Shown here: positions 12,641-25,936 of the stretch, one piece after another
How positions within the stretch are numbered: the first letter of the stretch is position 1
How the letters are laid out: the number at the start of each line of letters is the position of its first letter
Assembly: GCF_006345805.1 (NCBI RefSeq)
Contig: NC_043006.1
Span: 69,378,001-69,442,000, forward strand
DNA: 64,000 nt
Reading direction: 5' to 3'
Source: Octopus sinensis
Taxonomy: Eukaryota
Notes under the pieces: generated by a model
Databases searched by the model: none
What the model saw: the letters and a program-made list of their open reading frames with translations, nothing else
Told to the model about the DNA's origin: nothing
Program-made: the position numbers and the translations under genes

Positions 12641-13541
12641 ATCTATCTTTTTATTTATGTATCTATTCCGCCAAGTGTGACTGCGGCGATATGTGAGCAT
12701 ACGTGGCTGCGTGTGCGCACGTGTATGTGTGTTTGCATGTATGTGATTGCATGCGTATGCTAAACGTTGTGCGAATATTTTCTTTCTGCCTCACGCGCAT
12801 TGCGTGTATGACTCTGCGAGAATATATGCATAAGTGTGCATATGTACATATATAAATGTGCTACTATCCGCATGCATGAATATATATGTTTAAGCGTGCA
12901 ACACTTCAGTGTAGTACATACACACACACAAACGCATATACATTCAGACACATACACACACATCCGTGTTGGCGTGTACATGTCTGTGATCATGCATATT
13001 ATGAGCGAGTATGCGTATCTGTGTATTTGTGTATTTGTGTATCTGTGTATTACGTGTATTTGTGCGTGCATGTGCACGTTCGTGTGTGTGTGTGTATGTA
13101 TGTGTGTGCGTGTGTATGTATGTGTGTGTGTGTGTGTGTGTGTATATCTCTGTATGGAAGACTATACATCATTGAGTCGATGTGTGTACGCTGTTGCATG
13201 CGGCTTTACGCTGGCACTTTTCTATGCGAATATATGTCGCGAATAAACACGTACACACACACACGCGCGCGCGCACACACACACACATACACACACACAC
13301 AACACGCAAAAAAAAACACGCAAAAAAAAACACACACACACACGCAACAAAAACACACAAACATACACACACGCACAAACACACACACACACACATGCAC
13401 ACACGCACACACACACACATACACGTACAAACATACACACACACACGCGCGCACACACACATACATATCTTATAAGCTGTGCAACATCGTGTGCGCCTTT
13501 GCATACGCATCGGTATGTATGTATATACGTATATATATATA

Positions 13542-13588
<47 letters not shown>

Positions 13589-14384
13589 TACAAACACACA
13601 CATATATAAGAGGTTAGCTGAGTTAGAGGTTGAAATAACCGTCTAAGGGATAGAAGCATCCATCACGCTACCGGTATCTCACCTATGTTTAACCATGGGC
13701 ATACACATTCAGGCATACTATGCTCATAAATTACAAGTAAAGACTATGATAAACATGAGTTTATCAAGAAGCAAAATTTAAACGTCTGCTTTATATATAT
13801 ATATATATAATGAAGTATGTATATATATTTCGTTTTTGGATTTGGTTTGCAAGATTCTTTATATGAGTTCGTGTGTTGAAGCATATTCTGTCGTGTCTGG
13901 GGAGAGTCATTTTCTTTTTGTGCCTTATAATTTAACACACTCACCGGTAAAATTTCCACTTATTTCTTTTTTTTTTTTCCTAGAATTTTCTTTGTGTCTT
14001 GCAACCTTTTCAATAAATATGTATATATGCCTTTGTGACTGTATGTAGTGTTATGCATAATGATTATGTATGTGATCATTTACGTGCAACTCTTTATGTA
14101 AACCGTGTGTGTAATAACTACGTTTGTGAATACATGTTTGTGTATGGCCACACTTAACTGTAGTAGTACATATGTGGATGCGAATGTATGATTGAATACG
14201 TTTATGGAGACTATGTACATAGCAGAGTGTTTATGTGTCTGTGTGTCTATACATGTTTCTATGTTATGAAGCGAATCTCTTAACAAGCTGGCCATGCCAT
14301 CGACTCACTTATACACGGATACACACACGCACACACATGCACACGCACACATACATGCACGCACATGCACATATACTATATGCG

Positions 14385-14670
14385 ACGTGCTTCTTTCAGT
14401 TTCTGTCTCCCAAACCCACTCACGAGGCTTTTGGTCGACCCGAGGTAATAGCAGAAGACACTTGCCCAAAGTGCCATGCAGTGGGACTGAACCCGGAACC
14501 ATGTGGTTGGAAAGCAAGCTTCTTATTTCTTTACTGCCCACAAGGGGCTACGCATAGAGGGGACAAAAAAAAAAGGACAGACAAACGGATTAAGTTGATT
14601 ATATCGACCCCAGTGCGTGACTGGTTCTTATTTAATTGGGAAAGCAAGCTTCTTACCACACAGCCATGTC
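14385..14670 (-). mobile_element. Family A SINE head with a nested family B SINE 3' fragment (14526-14638)
   Basis: 17-bp direct repeat GGAAAGCAAGCTTCTTA at 14509-14525 and 14639-14655 flanks the insert. Confidence 0.85.
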
Positions 14671-14713
14671 TGACTGTCTGTCTGTCTCTGTCTGTCTGTC
14701 TCTGTCTGTCTGC

Positions 14714-14783
<70 letters not shown>

Positions 14784-14858
14784 TTCATATATATATTTAT
14801 ATATGTGTGTGTATATATATGCCTGTATAAGTGAGTCGATACCATGGCGAACTTATAT

Positions 14859-14937
<79 letters not shown>

Positions 14938-16294
14938 TGTGTATGTGTGTGTGTGTGTATGTATGCCCGTATAAGTGAGTCGATGCCATGGCTAACTTGT
15001 AAAGAGATTCGCTTCATAATCAAAAGGTGTCGCGTTCGATACCTCTGAATCGCACCCAAGAAAACACTTGGGTTGACCTAAGCCTTTTTAGTTGACTTGA
15101 CTATATAAATATACAGCATGTATTCTCGCAGTGTTTATATGGATGAATATATGCGCACGCGCGCGCGTGTGTGTGTGTGCAAGCATGCATTTGTGTTTCG
15201 CTATGTACCATGTGTGTGCGTGTGTGCGTGTGTATGTGTGACTATGTAACTATGTGCGTGTGTTTCTGTATTTGTGCGTGCGTTTCCGTTTGTGCTTGTT
15301 TACAGAATAAGAGTGGATGACGTCATGATTCACTGAGATCCGTAATCACAGTGTGTTGTGGAGTCTGGCGTGTTAGCATGTGTGTGTGTGTATATGTGTT
15401 TATGTTTGTGTGTATGTGTCTGTGTCTGTGTGTGCGCGCGCATGTACGCTGAAGCGGCGCTGGTGTTGGTGGAGGTAGAGGTTCTAGCAGTTGTGATGCT
15501 GGTGGTGGTGGTGATGGTGATGGTGATGGTGGTGGTGGTGGTGGTAGTGATTAATGATGCTAATGGGGGAATGGTGAAGGTGGTGGTCGTGGTGGTGGTC
15601 GTCGTCGTTGAGGTCGGCGCTGGCTGGTGATGATGGAGGAGATGGTGGAAAATATGGTGATGGTGGTAGTGGTGATGGTGGTAGTGGTGATGATGTTGTT
15701 GGCTGTAGTATTAGAGAGGTGATGGCTGAGTGAATTGTTTGGAAAGTATAAAAGAAGCAGGAGCGTGGGATGGAGGGTGGTGGCTGGAGGTGGAGTAGCG
15801 TGGAAAAAGAGTGAGAGGGGGAGTAGAGAATTATAATGAAAGTAGCAGGTGCAGGATTAGGAGCAAAAATATAAAAAAGAGGATATATATAAATACATAT
15901 ATATATATATATATAATATATATATATATATACAGAGAGAGAGAGAGAGGGGGGGACAGGGGAAGGGAGGAGAGAGAGAAGGAGGGAAAGCGAGGCGAGA
16001 AATGATTGAATAAGTGGGAATAACAAAGATACCGAGAGTGGAATATATATACATATATATACGTATATATACATATATGTATATGTATATATATAAACAC
16101 ACACACATACACACCCACACACACACATGTTTATTTATTTATATATATATAAACAAGAATGGAACAAGAACGTCACAGGCATCAGCAAAACATCCAGGCA
16201 GTTAGACGATACAAAAATGTACTGGAAAAAACAAGGACGGCTCATTCGGATTTTTCTATCTCAGTGAAGTCGAGTTCCAGATTATCTCAGCTGT

Positions 16295-17190
16295 TTCAGT
16301 GGGCTGAAAAGAATAACATGCAGTTCAATGCTGAAAAGTTTCAAGCTTTATACTATCAGCATGCAAAACTAAATGCAACACCCAATAAATACGCTGGACC
16401 TGGAGGGATTGCAATCCCAGAGGCACAATCAGTGCTAGACCTGGGTATTTACATGAGTAATGATGCAACCTTTCATGTGCATGTTGCGGCTGACCGGATG
16501 GATTCTTAGAGCTTTTAGAACAAGAGACCAGGAAACCACAATAGTCCTCTAGAGGACACTTGTCCTAAGCCACTTTGACTATTGCTCTCCGCTATGGTCA
16601 TCAGCCAGTGTCAAATTAATCTCAGAACTTGAGGCGATCCAACGAAGCTACACGAAGAAGATAGCCTCTATGCAGCATATAAGCTATTGGGAAAGACTCA
16701 AGAGATTAAGACTCTATTCCTTAGAGCGTAGGCGAGAAAGATATGCCATAATATACATCTGGAAGATCCTGGAAGGACTTGTCCCAAACTTTGGCATCGA
16801 GAGTTACACAAATACTAGAACTGGGCACCACTGCATAGTGACAAGGACTCCAAATTTGCCATCAAGATGTCGGACATCTTGATGGCAAATTCAGAGGTCC
16901 ACAGCTCTTCAATATCCTCCCGAAGGACCTGAGAGACCTGCATGGGGAGGATGCAGATGTCTTTAAAATAAAGCTGAACCTCTTCCTGTTAGGTGTCCCA
17001 GACGAACCAGCTTCACGGCAGGAGGTGCAGATGAGGGCAGCTGCATCAAACTCTCTCACCCACCAAATGTCAATTGCTAAAAAGCATTCGTGAAGTAAAA
17101 TCATGTAGCAACACCGAATGGCGGTGCCCCAGCATGGCCACAGCTCGTGAGCTGAAACTAGATGAAATGAAATGAAATGAAATGAAATAT
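16295..17190 (+). mobile_element. 5'-truncated CR1/L2-type LINE, related to 85-2590
   Basis: WAEKNNMQFNAEKF, DYCSPLWS and ISYWERLKRLRLYSLERRRERYAIIYIWKILEG. 3' stem-loop at 17120-17158 and a (GAAAT)n tail at 17162-17189. Confidence 0.9.
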
Positions 17191-17661
17191 ATATATTGTG
17201 TATACAAACTTCGAAGCTTCGAGTGAGTCGGTATTCTAAAGAAAATACAGACATTCTATGACAGCTTAGAAAATCGAGTAGATACCCTTAAGATGCAAAA
17301 TAAAGTGGCTGTCAAATCTCTATAGAGATTCAAACACCGTACCTCTCAAACACCGGTGTTCGAAAACTTGTTTATATTCTCAGCACTCCTATGCTTGATT
17401 ACAGAATGTTATCTGATCCCGAAAGCTAGTACTTGCTGTCAGAGATCTCCCGCTCTGCGCGAATTTGAGAAGTTTGAATGTTCGACTTCCTGTACAGGCA
17501 TGTAGCCACTTTTTTCTGTCTTTGAAGGACATCAACTCAATTTTCTAAGTTGTGTTCAAAGTTATCCAGCCTTCGACAATTTCCCTTTCTCTCCCTCTCT
17601 CTGTCTCTATCTTTGTCTATCTCTCTCTCTCTCTTTCTCTCTCTCTTTTTATATATCTATA

Positions 17662-17740
<79 letters not shown>

Positions 17741-17929
17741 CGCTTTCAAACCAGGTACGTGATGTTGAAAAACCACAAAGAATGGCGAAATATCGATGTG
17801 CATCACTCATAAATGGGATTGCGGGTGAGTTATCTTGCCTGTCCATGACTATAAGGTGTTTCGTTTATGGCAGTGTGACTAACTCAAACTGGACAGCTAA
17901 TGTAATTAACTTTAAATATCAAGATATTT

Positions 17930-18090
17930 AAGGTGGCGAGCTGGCAGAACCATTAGCATACCGGAAACACTGTTTAGTAGCATTTCGTACGTCTTAACGT
18001 TATGTGTTCAGTTTCGACCGAGGTTGACCCTACTTTTCAGAGTCTATAAAAAATGTAGCAATTAAGCACTGGAGTCGATGTAATCGACCC
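17930..18090 (+). mobile_element. tRNA-SINE family B
   Basis: GGCGAGCTGGCAGAA head and homology with the other family B copies. Confidence 0.8.
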
Positions 18091-18405
18091 CAGGACTTAT
18101 TCTATGTAACCCTAGTACTTATTCTATCGGTCTCTTATACCGAATCGCTAAATTAGGGAGACGTAAATACACCAACATCGGTTGTCAAGCGATGGTGGGG
18201 AGACAAAGACAACACACACACACCACACACACACACACACACATATATATACACGATGAGCTTCTTTCAGCTTCCGTCTGCCAAATTCACTCACAAAGCT
18301 TTGATCGGCCCGAAGCTATAGTAGAAGGCACTTGCCCAAGGTGTCACGCAGTGGGACTGAATCCGGAAACATGTGGTCGGAAAGCAAGCTTCTTACCACA
18401 CCTGC
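18086..18405 (-). mobile_element. tRNA-SINE family A lacking its tail
   Basis: cccaggacttattct..ccgaatcgctaa..ggttgtcaagcgatg, the internal microsatellite and the head. Confidence 0.85.
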
Positions 18406-18407
18406 GC

Positions 18408-18440
<33 letters not shown>

Positions 18441-18466
18441 TGCGTGCGTGCGTGTGTGTGTATAAA

Positions 18467-18527
18467 TTACGCTGATGTGTTTGCGGATATATTCGTAAAT
18501 ATTAACAAACGAAACCATGGTACGTAG
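18467..18527 (+). ncRNA. Type I hammerhead ribozyme, single core lesion (A9U)
   Basis: uuacg CUGAUGU guuug..caaac GAA ACCAUGGU A cguag. Stem I 5 bp, stem II 5 bp, palindromic stem III, GUA site. Followed by a tail (18530-18685) shared with 26150-26293. Confidence 0.72.
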
Positions 18528-18908
18528 GTAATCGTTGTATTTCGTATATTTTCATTTGTCTTGCGCATTTTTACATTCTAGCGTTTGCTGAAATTTTCTT
18601 GAGAACACACTCATCGTGGTAAGGCGATTTGCGGTCCATCTTTAGCATACTAAGAATCCACTTTGGTGGTCATTCTCTTCATTGTGTGTGTGTGTGGTGT
18701 GTGTGTGTATGTGTATATATATATTATTATATATATATGTAAGGAAAATTTTTTTTAAATGCAGAATGCTCAAATGAAAGAATATTTTTAATAAAATGAG
18801 AAATTGATAAAATATATAAATATATATTTATTCAACCGGTTTTCGTCATTGTATGACTTGTCAAGAATATTTATGTTTTAAAAATGTTTTTTTAAAAATT
18901 ATTATCTA

Positions 18909-18939
<31 letters not shown>

Positions 18940-18971
18940 GTAATATATATATATATATTAATTATATAGAT

Positions 18972-19009
<38 letters not shown>

Positions 19010-19130
19010 CTCTTAATTAAAGTTGACGTTGAATTTCTAAATGCAAAATTCAATATATTCAATTAAAACTGATAATAAATAATAAACAATTTTTCAAAAA
19101 GTATTGTACTAACATATATATATCTACATG

Positions 19131-19171
<41 letters not shown>

Positions 19172-19479
19172 TATCACCGCAAGAAATGTATTTGTTTTAT
19201 ATAGCTTTGTTATTGTTTTTAGTATTGTTTTAATTTTATTGATAGCGTGATGTGAATTTTATGTTGTATTTGTTATTGTTGTAGAAAGAAAGAAAATGAG
19301 ATAGAGAGTAACAACAACAACAACAATAATAAATAATAATAATTACAACAACAACTACAACAACAGCAAAAGCATATGTATCATGGACTTCAACGACGTC
19401 ATTAATTGTAACAACCGTAACAGCATCACTAGCAACAGAGACAGTATGAACAATAACAACAAGTAGAAGAAGAAAAACA

Positions 19480-19692
19480 GCAGAAACAATATCATCATGA
19501 TCATCATCACCACCACCATCATCATTCCCATTATTATAACCGTCATCATCATCATCATCATTAACCAGAGTTGATCGAGGACTGTACAATAACAGTGACA
19601 TCATCATCATCATCATCATCACCATCCCTATTATCATGACTGTCACCATCATTATCATCACCATTATCAACATTGCCACCTTCACCATCATC

Positions 19693-19741
<49 letters not shown>

Positions 19742-19887
19742 TATCATCATCATCATCATCATTAACCAGAGTTGATCGAGGACTGAACAATAACAGTGAC
19801 ATCATCATCATCATCATCATCACCATTATCATGACCGTCACCATCATTATCATCACCATTATCAACGTTACTACCTTCACCATCATC

Positions 19888-19933
<46 letters not shown>

Positions 19934-19936
19934 AAT

Positions 19937-19979
<43 letters not shown>

Positions 19980-20420
19980 GTCATCATTACTACCGTCATC
20001 GTCGATGTCGTCATTATCATCATCATCATCATCATCATCTTCATCCTCATCATCATCATCACCACCACCACCACCACTAACACTACCACACCACTACCAC
20101 CACCACCATCATCATGATTGTCGTCGTCGTCGTCGTCATCGACAGCAACGCGTACAATGACAACAAGAAGGACATTAAAAACATCAGTATCTACAATAAC
20201 AACAACAACAACAACAACCACAATATAAATATCAACAACAAGAAGGAAAGGCATAACACAAACAACTGTAACACAAGAAAACACAAAAAACCCAAACCTA
20301 ACGAAAAAATAATAATATACCGCAAAAAAAGAAGCCGCATTAGTAATTAGAGTAGTTGTACCAAAATTCAAGCATCATCATCATCATAGTCGTCGTCATC
20401 ATTATTATTATCATCATCAT
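19480..20420. repeat. (CAT)n/(CAC)n/(AAC)n field with an internal ~201-bp duplication
   Basis: attaaccagagttgatcgaggactg recurs at about 19560 and 19761. Confidence 0.9.
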
Positions 20421-20639
20421 TAACTCCAAACGTATCAACAACAATAACATCAACATCAATGTTATTAACAAGATCAACAGTGACAAAGGTCTATAGACAG
20501 TCTCAAGGTGCCATTAAGTTTCATTATAGATTTAACAAGTTTTTTTTCTTCTACCTGAAAAGTGATGGGAAGCGGGTTGTATGGTGATGATGGTTAAATA
20601 CACTCAGAATTTCGCACGTTTATGTATATACATATGCGT

Positions 20640-20650
20640 GTGAGTTTTCA

Positions 20651-20698
<48 letters not shown>

Positions 20699-20868
20699 GT
20701 ATGTATGTATGTACATATATTAGTATATATGTACATACATTAGAATATGTGTACATATATTAGCATATATGAATAATATATATATATCAATATATATTGT
20801 ATATATACATATATAATATATATATATCAATATATATATATGTATATATACATACATATATATATATA

Positions 20869-20926
<58 letters not shown>

Positions 20927-20967
20927 TATACATATATCAGTATATGCATAGAGATGATTTGTGTGTT

Positions 20968-21022
<55 letters not shown>

Positions 21023-21134
21023 GATTCATATGTGTGTATAAGTATAATACACGTATAAATATGTATACATATTTAAGTATACATAAATATTCATACACGC
21101 ATGTACACGCATTAGCAAATGTGAACATATATTA

Positions 21135-21175
<41 letters not shown>

Positions 21176-21733
21176 ATATATATATATACTATATATATAG
21201 TATATGAAAACTATATATATGTATATATATATATACACGCACGTACACACATATAGATACGCGCACACACACACACACACAAACACACGCATACACTTAT
21301 ACAAGCTCACAGTGGCATACATAATACGCTAACACGTTCCATATGACATCACAGTAGACTGAAGTGGTCTCCATACTCTCAGCTCTCAGCATCTTTGTCT
21401 GTTCATTAACGTCGTCTTTCCAATCGACATTTTTTTTTTCTCATCTCAGCCTCATGAAAAACTCGATAGAAATTAGGTTAAACGAATTAACAGTGGTTGA
21501 TCTTCACCGCATATTGTCTACTGCTGATGTCTCTTTCTATACGCTTTATTCAGCTACACCTCCACAAATATCATTGCTTTTCTACACATAGAAACACACA
21601 TTCTCTCATACACACATATCTACCCATTTATCTATACAAGTAAGAATCTATCTATCTATCTATCTATCTTTCTATCCATCTGTTAATTATCTATCTACCT
21701 GTCAATCTATCCACTTACCTATCTATCTGTCAA

Positions 21734-21776
<43 letters not shown>

Positions 21777-21814
21777 ATCAATCTATCTATCGATTTATTT
21801 ATTCATCTATCAAC

Positions 21815-21890
<76 letters not shown>

Positions 21891-22100
21891 ATATATATAT
21901 ATATCTTATCTATTTATCTATCTTTCTATCTATCGATTTATTTATTTATTTATTTATTTATTTATCTATCTACCAATCTATCTATCTAGCAATCTATCAA
22001 TCTATCTATCAAGCTATCTATCCATCTACCTACCTACCTACCTGCCTACCTACCTACCTTCCTATCAATCAATCAATCAATCTATCTATCTCTCTATCTC

Positions 22101-22149
<49 letters not shown>

Positions 22150-22411
22150 TTATGGCTGAGTGTTTGCCTATTAATCAATCGGTCTATCTACCCGTTTCCT
22201 GTCTGTCTATTTGTCTGTCGTTCTCCCTATCTCTCTGTTCCTCTCTCTTTCTCTAAGATCTGCCCGTGTGTCTTCCCTCACTCCTGTCTCTATTGATGAT
22301 CAACATCTGAACAACAAAACGAAAGACAAGATTTCTAAAGCGGAAGACATTTAATCGGAGAGGTTCCATCATTTCGGAGAAGTAGAGAAATCTGTCGTGA
22401 CCGAGTCTGCG

Positions 22412-22483
<72 letters not shown>

Positions 22484-22599
22484 TGAGTGCGTTTGTGTGC
22501 GTGCGTATTTCAAACAGGTAAGAATATAGATGGAAATAAGATGCATACATCGACAGACAGTAAGAAAGGCAAACAGACAGAGACGGATAGACTGAAATA

Positions 22600-22652
<53 letters not shown>

Positions 22653-22662
22653 GAGATAGTAG

Positions 22663-22699
<37 letters not shown>

Positions 22700-22769
22700 T
22701 AGATAGATTGTTATAGATGTAGATATAGTATATATATATATATATATATATACAACATATATATATATG

Positions 22770-22801
<32 letters not shown>

Positions 22802-22819
22802 TATGTATATATTATATAT

Positions 22820-22911
<92 letters not shown>

Positions 22912-23030
22912 ATATATATATATGGATATTCATTTATACTTTTACTTGCTTCAGTCCTTTGACTGTGGCCATGGTGATATATATTTATGTCTGTGTGTGT
23001 GTGTGTATGTGTATGTACATTCTCACGCAC
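20640..23030. repeat. Microsatellite fields (TA)n, (TATC)n, (GT)n, (GATA)n with short unique islands
   Basis: Read directly. Confidence 0.9.
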
Positions 23031-23529
23031 ACACTCATACACAGAGATCACACAGATTATATAGACAATATTTATTGTTCCATAGATACATTCGATTAGT
23101 AGCCGTCATATAAAACAAACATAAAACGTAACAACATGATTTATAGATTATGATACTTGAATAGACCAATGCCAAGGGGAAATAATTTGAAGTTCTTGGA
23201 CGAAATTTTTTTTCGATATTGAAGTTCCTTATTGGAAAAATATATCTTAGAGAATTTAACAGACTGCATCAAATATGGCGGAAGAGACAGCGGAATTTAT
23301 TCTTTCTTTGTTTTATGTGTAAAAGAAAAATGTTATCAAATTAGGGATACTTAAAGTGTTCTGCCAATATCAATTACAAGACCAAGAGACAATTATATTT
23401 CAAATGTGTGTTTGTATGTGCGTGAGTGAGTGTGTGAGTGAGTGTGTGAGTGTGTGTGTCTTGTGTGTGTTTATGCATGCATATATCTATGAATGCATAA
23501 ACACACACACACACGCACACACACATTAT

Positions 23530-23753
23530 TTTATTCTTTTACTTCTTTCAGTCATTGTGACTTCAGCCATGCTGTAGCACCGCCTTTAGCGGAACAAGTC
23601 AACCCCAGGACTTATACTTTGTAAGCCTAGCACTTATTCTATCGGTTTCGTTTGCCTTACTGCTACGTTACAGGGACGTAAACACACCAACATCGGTTGT
23701 CAAGCGATGGTGGGGATACAACAACACTATATATATGTAAATATATAAATAAT

Positions 23754-23843
<90 letters not shown>

Positions 23844-24135
23844 CCGCAGTTCGATGACTGAACTATATAATATAATATATATATATGACCGCATCGATGA
23901 CTGAAAGATATATATACATATATATATATATATATTATTTAATATTCAGTCATCGAACTGCGGCCATGCTGAGGCACAGTCTTGAAGAATTTGATCGAAC
24001 AAATTGACCCCAGGACTTATTCTTTGTAAGCCTAGTACTTATTCTATCAGTCTGTTTTGCCGAACCGCTAAATTACGGGGATATAAACACACCAACATCA
24101 GTTATCAAGCGATGATGGGGGGGGGACAAACACAC

Positions 24136-24195
<60 letters not shown>

Positions 24196-24230
24196 CTATG
24201 ACTGGCTTCTTTCAGTTTCCGTCTTCAGGT
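23530..24230 (-). mobile_element. Two partial family A SINE copies (23530-23720 and 23940-24230)
   Basis: Tail cagtcat..gccatgct and body gaccccaggacttattctttgtaagcctag. Confidence 0.85.
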
Positions 24231-24249
24231 CTTTCAGACTCCATACAAA

Positions 24250-25330
24250 TTTGGATAATGACGTCACATTTCAATCGCTTCTTTCATCGATGAAACTAAA
24301 CGTTGTGTTAATCATTTTATTGTACCGTCTACATCAGTATTTGTAATACTGCCTTTCGTTCATTTTTATTGTGTATCACTCTTAATGCATTGAGCTATCC
24401 AATCTTGGTTAAACGTTTCTTCATTTATTAGTCCGTTCTGCATTTACCTAGTAAAATTATCGGGAAATAGCAACGATTTCCAAGCTTTCATAACTATGTT
24501 AATTTTAGACTTGTTGATTGTAGTGTATAGCTTACTTCTGCTTCAAGAATTTCAAGTAGGAACTCTTTTGAAATCGTACGGTAAAAATCAACAACATCAA
24601 ACTGTATAAACCATTAACTGAGCCCCTCGCAGATATGCTTATACCATTTAATGTCGACACAGCTACACATCCATTCGTTGATGTTTAAGGTCGATCTAAT
24701 TTGTAGAAGAATCTTATCTGCTATCATTTTGCTAATAATGGCTATTTTAGTGCAACTAAAATCATGGCTGAAATTCATGCAGTTATATTAAATATCGCAA
24801 ATGATCTACGCGGGTTTAGTCTTTCTACCAGATCGTCAACATTTTGTTCAGTAGTTAGAAATTTTGTTTCATTATTAATGTCATTATATGATGTCTTACA
24901 ACTAGTCATCCTATATGTTTTCGTATTATTATCAATAATTCATTGTACGTACGTCAGTCGCTATATCGTATACGCTTTTAATTTATTGGCTTTTATTAAG
25001 ATATTAGAAGAACTATTCAGGTGTTGTAAGAATTCTTTTAACTTAAGCTGGAAAATGGGGTATGTATTATTAAATTTAGCATCTTTGCTATCTATTGATG
25101 TCTTCGAATTTAATTCTCTAATTCTTTAATGTGCGGAGGAATTTTGCAAGAGTTGAAACGTGAACTGTCTATTGTAGAAAGACTGGACATAGCTTTATCA
25201 AAGTTGAACTCTTTCTGTTTCATTCTTCTTAATATATTTTCTGTTTCTCTTTTCGGTAAGCTGCCTGATATAAGATATTCTAAGTAGAATAGCAATATTT
25301 TTCAAAGACATTGTAATCTCATGTTTCTTT
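24250..25330 (-). pseudogene. Decayed Penelope-like element reverse transcriptase ORF
   Basis: Minus-strand frames give RFNSCKIPPHIKELEN, NNTKTYRMTSCKTSYNDINNETKF, FIQFDVVDFYRTISKEFLLE (RT motif A, about 24555-24615) and KAWKSLLF. This order matches PLE RTs as I recall them. Many stops and frameshifts. Confidence 0.78.
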
Positions 25331-25837
25331 AAGACTCGTTGTTTAAAATCTTCGTTCGTGTTCAATGCTCAGCTTTAACCTAAAACGTCAGAAGCTTGGT
25401 CACGTTAGCAATGACTTGGAAGAAATTGAGCTCAGCACAGAATAGGTGGATAACTATTCCCTTAAAAGAAACTAGTAACCATAGGTTTCGTGAGAATGTC
25501 TTTGGAAGTTAATCAATTAGAGTTCGAATAATGTATAGCAGCTCTGTCATTTGAATAGTGAGGGTGCAGCATAAGATTTTGCAAGATTACTACAAGGTAT
25601 TACAATATATGGACTTGTAATGAAGGAAGAAAATCAATATAAACGGAAGTAATCATTCAGGGGCTATAGTATAGGTTGTTTCCCTTGTAATTTGTCTTAG
25701 CTCCCGGTATTGTTTAAGAAATATATTTGGTGACAGGCTCGAGTTCTATAAAAATAATATCTTGCAACTATAATGTGTTCACCATTGTTTATCACACTTC
25801 GTCACTAACATATACATATATACAGATATAGTATGCA

Positions 25838-25868
<31 letters not shown>

Positions 25869-25936
25869 ATATCTATAATATATATATGTATGATTTGTTA
25901 TATTATATACAGATATATATATATAATATATATATA

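Noticed and set aside
22290-22310. C/D box snoRNA (TGATGA..CTGA)
   Set aside because: The boxes are only 7 nt apart, with no terminal stem or guide.
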